Assembly: GCA_964490075.1 (NCBI GenBank)
Contig: CAZBBK010000019.1
Coordinates: 1-64,000, forward strand
Direction: 5' to 3'
Origin: an uncultured Gemmatimonadota bacterium
GTDB taxonomy: Bacteria > GCA-2686955
Length of the DNA: 64,000 nt
Shown here piece by piece: positions 58,224 to 64,000 of this stretch. Made by a program: the position numbers and the translations under genes. The notes under the pieces are model-generated. The model saw nothing but the letters and a program-made list of their open reading frames with translations. It was not told where the DNA came from and made no database searches. Every line of letters begins with the position of its first letter. Position 1 is the first letter of the stretch.

Positions 58224-61200
58224 CTAGGCGCTGCGTGATCGGGGGCGCGCCACCAGCCAGCGGCCGAGTAGCTCGGCCAGGCGCGGGCGATCGATCGGCT
58301 TGGCCAGGTAGTCGTCCATCCCGGCCGCCAGACAGAGCTCCCGGTCGCCTTCCATCGCGTTGGCGGTCAGCGCCACGACCGGCAGCGCGCGGCCTTGCTC
58401 GATGCCGCGCAGCCGACCCGTTGCCTGGAAGCCGTCCATCTCCGGCATCTGGCAGTCCATGAAGACGATGTCGAAGGGCGTTTTCTCGACCACCCGCAGC
58501 GCCTGGGCGCCGCTGGCTGCGCACCAGACCTCGCAGCCGAGACTCTGCAGCATGCGCTCGGCGACCCGGAGGTTGATCAGGTTGTCGTCGACCACCAGAA
58601 CCCGGGCACCGGTCCAGGGCGCGGGCAGCTCTTCCGTCGCTCCCTCCTCCCGCTCCGGCGCCGGCGCCGCGCTCGCGGCGGGCTGCATCAACGCCAGCAG
58701 GCGGCTCGGGACGACCGGCTTGCTGAGCACGTGGCAGGGTTCCAGGTCGGCGCCGACCGTCTCTCCGAGATCGAGCATGATCACCAGCTCGGCACGTCGT
58801 CCCAGGGCATCGCTGCGCAGCTTCGCCACGGTCGATGCCAGGCCCGACACTCCCTCTCTCTTGGCGACGAAGATCCAGTCGCAGTCCAGCCCCGCCTCCA
58901 GGGCCGCGGTCGCCGACGCCGCGGTCTCCACCTCCGCGCCGAGCTGTCCGATCTGCTCCGCCAGCAGCGCCCGCAGCGCATCGTTCGGGTCGACGACCAG
59001 CACCCGGGTCGCGGGCAGCAGAGGCGCGGCCGCCCGAACCGGACCGCCGCCGACCTGGACATCGAATCGGAAGCGGCTGCCCCGACCCGCTTTGCTCCTA
59101 ACCTCGATGCTTCCCCCCATGCGCTCCACCAGCCGACGGCAGATCGTCAGCCCGAGCCCGGTGCCGCCGTAGCGCCGGGTGAAGGAGCTATCCTCCTGGC
59201 GGAAGGGCTCGAAGATCATCCGCTGGGCCTCTTCGTCGATCCCGATGCCGGAGTCCTCGACCTCGACCTCGAGCTCGACGCCGCGCTTTGCGCCGCTCAG
59301 CGAACGGGCCCGCACCCGCACGATCACCTGCCCGGAATCGGTGAACTTGATCGCGTTGCCGATCAGATTGGCCAAAATCTGTCGCAGTCGATGCGGATCA
59401 CCGATCAAGGATGCCGGCAGCCAGGGATCGATCACGCAGCCGATCTCCAGTCCCTTCTCGGCCGCCCGCGGCGCCATCAGCGAGACCACCGACGACACCA
59501 TTTCCGCACAGTCGAAGTCGGTCTCTTCGATGACGCTCCCGCCGGCCTCGATCTTGGAAAGATCGAGCACGTCGTTGATCAACGAGAGCAGGGCCGATCC
59601 CGAATCCTGGATCAGCTCGGTGCAGTGTCGCTGATCATCGCTCAGCTCGGAGTCCAGCAGCAGCTCGGCCATCCCCAGCACGCCGTTCATGGGGGTGCGG
59701 ATTTCGTGACTCATGGTGGCCAGGAAGGCCGACTTGGCGGCGGTCGCCTGCCTGGCGTCGATCACCGCGTGCTGCAACGCCTCGTTGGTCTGCTCCAAGT
59801 GCTGCTCCCGCTCCAGCAGCGCCTGGGTGCGGTCGCGGACCTTCTCCTCCAACACGCGATTGGCACCTTCCACGCGGCGCATCTTGCGGCGCGCGACGCG
59901 CACGATCACCAGAATCGACAGAATCGTCGCCAGCAATCGAAACCACCAGGTCTCCCAGTAGGGCGCCTTGACCACCAGCCGCACGCTGGCCGGCATCGCC
60001 GAAGCGACATCATCGGCGTTCAGCGCGTCCACCAAGAAAGCGTACTTGCCGGGTGGCAGGTTCGAGTAGGTGACGCTGTTCTCTTCGGTCGGCGCCAGCC
60101 AGTCCGATTCGAATCCGGCCAGCTTGAAGCGATAGCGCACTTTCTCGGGGGAGCTCATCGAGATGCCGATGAAGTCGAAGGTCACGTGGTTCTGGTCGTG
60201 GCTCAGCACCAGCTCTCGCGCCGGCTCCATCGGCTCGTAGTCGACACGGATTCCTGTAAAGTGGATCTTCGGTGGGATCGGATTGGCGCGGTCGGCGGCG
60301 GCGTTGTAGCGAAATGCGCCACAGATGGTGCCGAACCAGAGATCGCCCGCGGAGTCCTCCAGGGTGGCATGGACATTGGTCTCGATGCCGGCGAAGCCGT
60401 CCTCACGCCCGAAGTGCGTGAACTCCCCGGGGCTGCTTTCGTAGCGATAGAGACCGTTGTTGGTGCCGATCATGACCCGGTCGTCGGCACCGATCGCCAG
60501 CAGATAGACCAGCTCGTGCGCCACCCGCGAGTCGCCGACCACGTTGGTGAAGCTACCGTCGGCGAAGCGGTAGACCCCGCCGTCGTCGGTGGCGATCCAG
60601 ATCCGACCCCGGCTGTCCTCGTCGATGCCGTTCAGAGAAAGATGACGCAACCCCTCCGCCTCGGCATGGAAGACGAAGCAGGCACGGTCCCCCGGCGAGC
60701 TGGCGGCCATCAGCTCGCCCAGCCCAAGGTCGGAAGTCGCCAGCCAGACGCCGCCGCGACTGTCACGGAAGACCTCGTAGACCGACGTGTCGAAGGCGCC
60801 CTCCATCAGACGATACGACTCGATCGCGCCCTTGCCGGTGCCGCTCTCGGAAGCCGCGTAGGGCGGCGTGTAGCGGGCGGCGCCGCCCTCGTAGAAGCCG
60901 ATCCACAGATCGTCGCCCTCGCCGGGGGCGATGGCGAGTAGCTGATCCCCGGGCAACCCGTCCTCTTCGGTCACCACGAAGGTCGACTCGTCGGCGGGAT
61001 CGAAGCGCACCAGGCCCTGGCCGTCGGTCGCCAGCCAGAGCATTCCGTCGGCGTCGATGTGGATGTCGCGAATGCTGTTGCCGGGCAGTCCGGTGTCGGT
61101 CGAGTAGACCCGGGTCTCGGCACCGGCGCCGCTCATCCCGGACGGCGTGTAGCGCACCAGACCGGCCTGGGTGCCGAACCAGAAGCGGCCCTCGGCATCT

Positions 61201-62327
61201 TCGGCGATCGACCAGATGGCGCTCAGCTTGGGATTCGGAGTGTGCAAATAGGCGGTGAAGGGGCTGCCACGGTGCATCGACACCCCTTGACCGTCGGTGC
61301 CGAACCACAGGTTGCCCTCACGGTCCTCCATCGCCGCCACCACGTCGTCGGCTCCGAGCCCATCCAGCAGGGTGTAGGCGACCGGATCGCCCACCACCTC
61401 GCCCTCCAGGTCGGGACGAAAGCGGATCACCCCGCCGCCCAGGGTGGAAACCCAGATCTCCTGTTCGCTGCCGCGCACCACCGGAGTGATGGCGTAGACC
61501 GGCCGATCGGAGAGCCCCTGCTCCACGCCGAAAGGACCGCGCCAGTCGCCGGCCGAGCTCTGGCCCTCCGGACGGGCGTAGATCGTGCCGTCGATGCCGC
61601 CGATCCACAGCGTGCCCCAGGGGTCGGCCGCCACCGCGATCACCGGCAGGTCGGGCGAGACCGCCTCGAAGCAGCCCCCCGGCGGCGCCCCCGCCTCGGT
61701 CGTCGCGCTCAGCTCGAGCGCGTAGAGCCCGCCGCGGGTGCCGGCCCAGAGCCTGTCGTCGTGCACCAGGAGCGTGAACACCATGTCGCCGGCGAGGCCC
61801 GGGTCGTCGACCGGCACCAGCCCCCTCGCGGGATCGAAGCGCTGCAGCCCGGCGCCGACCGTCGCCACCCAGAGCCGCCCCCAACGATCCTCCGCCAGAT
61901 CGAGGATCTCGGCGCCGAAGCTCCCTTCCGGCTGGGGATGGGCCTGCCAGCCTTCGCCGTCGAACATCGACAACCCGCCGGTCGGATGACCGAACCAGAG
62001 GCGCCCCCGGCGATCGACCAGCGCCGCCGAGATGCGATTGCTGTAGAGCCCGTCGTCGATGGTGTGGGTGCGGAATCGACGGCCATCGAAGCGGCTCAGC
62101 CCGTACTCGGTGCCGAGCCAGACATAGCCCTCACGATCCTGCACCATGGCGCGGATCTGCGACTGGCTGAGCCCGTCGCCGACCCCATAGGTGCGGAAGA
62201 TCGCCTGGCGGCCATCGGCGCGCGGCGCCAGCAGTCCCGCAAGGAGCCAGAGCATCGAGCGGCGTTTCGATCGACGGAGCAGCGCGGAGTCCTCCCTCGG
62301 AGTGGTCGGTGTCCCTGCTTCGACCAT
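58224..62327 (-). CDS. Hybrid sensor histidine kinase/response regulator with regulatory-propeller and Y_Y_Y sensor
   Basis: Repeated [41 protein letters not shown], degenerate and intact REC; start uncertain. Confidence 0.93.
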   Translation of the reverse strand: MVEAGTPTTPREDSALLRRSKRRSMLWLLAGLLAPRADGRQAIFRTYGVGDGLSQSQIRAMVQDREGYVWLGTEYGLSRFDGRRFRTHTIDDGLYSNRISAALVDRRGRLWFGHPTGGLSMFDGEGWQAHPQPEGSFGAEILDLAEDRWGRLWVATVGAGLQRFDPARGLVPVDDPGLAGDMVFTLLVHDDRLWAGTRGGLYALELSATTEAGAPPGGCFEAVSPDLPVIAVAADPWGTLWIGGIDGTIYARPEGQSSAGDWRGPFGVEQGLSDRPVYAITPVVRGSEQEIWVSTLGGGVIRFRPDLEGEVVGDPVAYTLLDGLGADDVVAAMEDREGNLWFGTDGQGVSMHRGSPFTAYLHTPNPKLSAIWSIAEDAEGRFWFGTQAGLVRYTPSGMSGAGAETRVYSTDTGLPGNSIRDIHIDADGMLWLATDGQGLVRFDPADESTFVVTEEDGLPGDQLLAIAPGEGDDLWIGFYEGGAARYTPPYAASESGTGKGAIESYRLMEGAFDTSVYEVFRDSRGGVWLATSDLGLGELMAASSPGDRACFVFHAEAEGLRHLSLNGIDEDSRGRIWIATDDGGVYRFADGSFTNVVGDSRVAHELVYLLAIGADDRVMIGTNNGLYRYESSPGEFTHFGREDGFAGIETNVHATLEDSAGDLWFGTICGAFRYNAAADRANPIPPKIHFTGIRVDYEPMEPARELVLSHDQNHVTFDFIGISMSSPEKVRYRFKLAGFESDWLAPTEENSVTYSNLPPGKYAFLVDALNADDVASAMPASVRLVVKAPYWETWWFRLLATILSILVIVRVARRKMRRVEGANRVLEEKVRDRTQALLEREQHLEQTNEALQHAVIDARQATAAKSAFLATMSHEIRTPMNGVLGMAELLLDSELSDDQRHCTELIQDSGSALLSLINDVLDLSKIEAGGSVIEETDFDCAEMVSSVVSLMAPRAAEKGLEIGCVIDPWLPASLIGDPHRLRQILANLIGNAIKFTDSGQVIVRVRARSLSGAKRGVELEVEVEDSGIGIDEEAQRMIFEPFRQEDSSFTRRYGGTGLGLTICRRLVERMGGSIEVRSKAGRGSRFRFDVQVGGGPVRAAAPLLPATRVLVVDPNDALRALLAEQIGQLGAEVETAASATAALEAGLDCDWIFVAKREGVSGLASTVAKLRSDALGRRAELVIMLDLGETVGADLEPCHVLSKPVVPSRLLALMQPAASAAPAPEREEGATEELPAPWTGARVLVVDDNLINLRVAERMLQSLGCEVWCAASGAQALRVVEKTPFDIVFMDCQMPEMDGFQATGRLRGIEQGRALPVVALTANAMEGDRELCLAAGMDDYLAKPIDRPRLAELLGRWLVARPRSRSA

Positions 62328-62384
62328 CGGATGCGCCGCCGGCAAGGCTCAACGCTGTGCTGCTTTGTAACATCCGTCCTCCAC

Positions 62385-62420
62385 GAAAAGGGCCGCCGCC
62401 GGGGTGTCCGGCGACGGCCT
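62385..62420 (-). terminator. Rho-independent terminator
   Basis: Minus strand GGCCGTCGCCGG-ACACC-CCGGCGGCGGCC followed by CTTTT, about 50 bp after the stop at 62471. Confidence 0.6.
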
Positions 62421-62470
62421 GTTCGGGGGCTGCACGAAGGGGGGGGGGCGTACAGCCCGTGTCCGACGCG

Positions 62471-64000
62471 TCAGTAGCTGGGGAAGTAGGGAATCCCCCA
62501 CTCGATCAGGGGATCGCCGATCGCGTCGATCCCCTTCACCGGTCCGGCGCTGACATCGACCCGTCCGCTGGAGTTGCCGAAGGCGATCGAGAGCGGGTCC
62601 TCGTAGGTTTGCGAGGTCGAGCCCCAACGCAGTCCGGCGAAGGGCTGCGGCGCGTAGTTGGTCACGTCGTTGCCGGAGACATCGAAAAAGCGGAACAGGT
62701 AGCGCCCCACGTTCGACACCGAGTCGTTGACGAAGTTGGTGTAGCTGGGCCAGTACCACCAGGGGTCGGTGCGGGTCAGAGGCGAGATCTTGCGCAGGAA
62801 GCTGCCGTAGGCGTCCGTGACCGCGAAGCCCTTGCCCGGCTCGATTCCGCCGCCGGTTTCGAGCAGCTCGCCGTAGACCTTGTAGAACTGGTAGTCGGAG
62901 GGCCACAGATCGTCATTGGCTCCGACCTCGCGCATGCTCCAGCCCACCAGCTTGGCGGTCGGCTCACAGGCGCGCAGGCGCACCCAGCCGTCCCAGGTGG
63001 TGGTGCTCGGGTAGTTCGGCGAAGCCGCCAGACCGGCGCCGATGCGGATCGACTGGGTCGGATTCAGGCCGGCCGGCAGATTGTCGGTGCCGATGATGGT
63101 GCCGGTGCGGTCGAAGTACTGGATCTCCATGCGTCCGGTGTTGGCGGACCCGGCGTTGTAGACCCCCATCAGCGTCTCGACGAAGCCGTCTGCCTCGAAG
63201 GTCAGCTCCGGGTTGACCAGCTCGGCGCTGCGTTGGCGCGCCATCATCGTCGAGCCCATGCGCCAGCGCGCGCCGGGCACCGCGTTGAAGGGGGCGCCCT
63301 CGCCGAAGAAGTCGGTCATCACCCCTTCGCCGAGCAGCGGCAGGCCGTCCTCCGAGACCACGTGGATCTCGAGATCGAGGTCGAGGCCCACCCCTTGCAG
63401 ATACCAGGTGAGGAAGGTGAAGAAGGGGTAGGTGTCCATGAAGGAGCCGTAGGCCGGCAGCACGAAGGGGATGCCGGTGACCTGTGCGCCGGTGTTGGTC
63501 GCGTAGTCGATGCGGACGGTGTTGGGCACCGGGTTGGGATTGTGGACCCAGTAGAAGGGGGCGTTGCCGTTGAAGAAGTCCTTGGTGCTGGTGATGGTGT
63601 AGGGGAGGGGGCCCCACCAGAGCTCCGCTGCCTCGTGGTCGGGGGCCTGCAGCTGCTGCATCGACGCCGCGCCGGGCATGAAGGGATCGGGATCGTAGTA
63701 GTCGTAGATCCAGCCGACGTGGTGCAGGGTGGCCCCCACGAACTCCTCGTCCGACCAGATGCGGGCCGAGCCGAGGCCCGGAGTGGTAGAGACGGGGTTG
63801 GTGAGCGGGGTGGCGCCTTCGTAATGGGTGGCGTTCGGAGCGATCAGGTACGGACCGTTCGATCCCACCAGGTTGCCGGCCTGGTCGTGGTAGTCGATCA
63901 CGAAAGAGAGCCAGTTGGTCTCGCTCGGGTTGTTGACCACCACGGCGCTGGAGAAGCCGGCGAAGAATGGGAAGTTGGACGGGTTGTAGAAGAGCCCGGG
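62471..64000 (-). CDS. Hypothetical extracellular protein with repeated beta-sandwich modules, 5' end outside the window
   Basis: Frame open to 64000; repeated N...I.Y/F.D..G modules. Confidence 0.65.
   Translation of the reverse strand, partial: PGLFYNPSNFPFFAGFSSAVVVNNPSETNWLSFVIDYHDQAGNLVGSNGPYLIAPNATHYEGATPLTNPVSTTPGLGSARIWSDEEFVGATLHHVGWIYDYYDPDPFMPGAASMQQLQAPDHEAAELWWGPLPYTITSTKDFFNGNAPFYWVHNPNPVPNTVRIDYATNTGAQVTGIPFVLPAYGSFMDTYPFFTFLTWYLQGVGLDLDLEIHVVSEDGLPLLGEGVMTDFFGEGAPFNAVPGARWRMGSTMMARQRSAELVNPELTFEADGFVETLMGVYNAGSANTGRMEIQYFDRTGTIIGTDNLPAGLNPTQSIRIGAGLAASPNYPSTTTWDGWVRLRACEPTAKLVGWSMREVGANDDLWPSDYQFYKVYGELLETGGGIEPGKGFAVTDAYGSFLRKISPLTRTDPWWYWPSYTNFVNDSVSNVGRYLFRFFDVSGNDVTNYAPQPFAGLRWGSTSQTYEDPLSIAFGNSSGRVDVSAGPVKGIDAIGDPLIEWGIPYFPSY

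Noticed and set aside
474-63617. Many long antisense and alternate-frame ORFs (e.g. 3101..4849, 32179..34449, 45688..47994, 58395..60941)
   Set aside because: Typical high-GC shadow ORFs over motif-supported genes, with no recognisable domains.

Overview
High-GC bacterial DNA, apparently a draft or metagenomic scaffold: there is poly-C/G low-quality sequence at the left end and around an N gap at 49640-49649. Housekeeping and metabolic genes include a duplicated four-subunit 2-oxoacid:ferredoxin oxidoreductase operon (delta-alpha-beta-gamma-gamma-alpha-beta), acyl-CoA dehydrogenase, TauE exporter, ECF sigma/anti-sigma pair, PiT plus DUF47, transaldolase/FSA, methyltransferase, rhomboid, short-type valS, WS/DGAT, a Wzz-Wzy-MurJ-GT4 polysaccharide cluster, a large divergent flagellin-like gene and a propeller hybrid histidine kinase. 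Many secreted beta-helix, FG-GAP, propeller and S8 proteins lie between them. The most unusual region is ~15.5-22.2 kb. It is a mosaic of truncated and frameshifted secreted-protein genes, visibly lower in GC over ~15.6-19.7 kb, whose left edge is a well-formed integron attC-like site with no integrase in the window. Also notable: a pseudokinase-acidic linker-Roadblock fusion, a subtilase that has lost its catalytic Ser next to a penicillin acylase, and an orphan flagellin with four repeats behind a sigma54-like promoter. All calls come from reading motifs by eye; no searches were run. No rRNA, tRNA, CRISPR array, integrase or transposase was seen.
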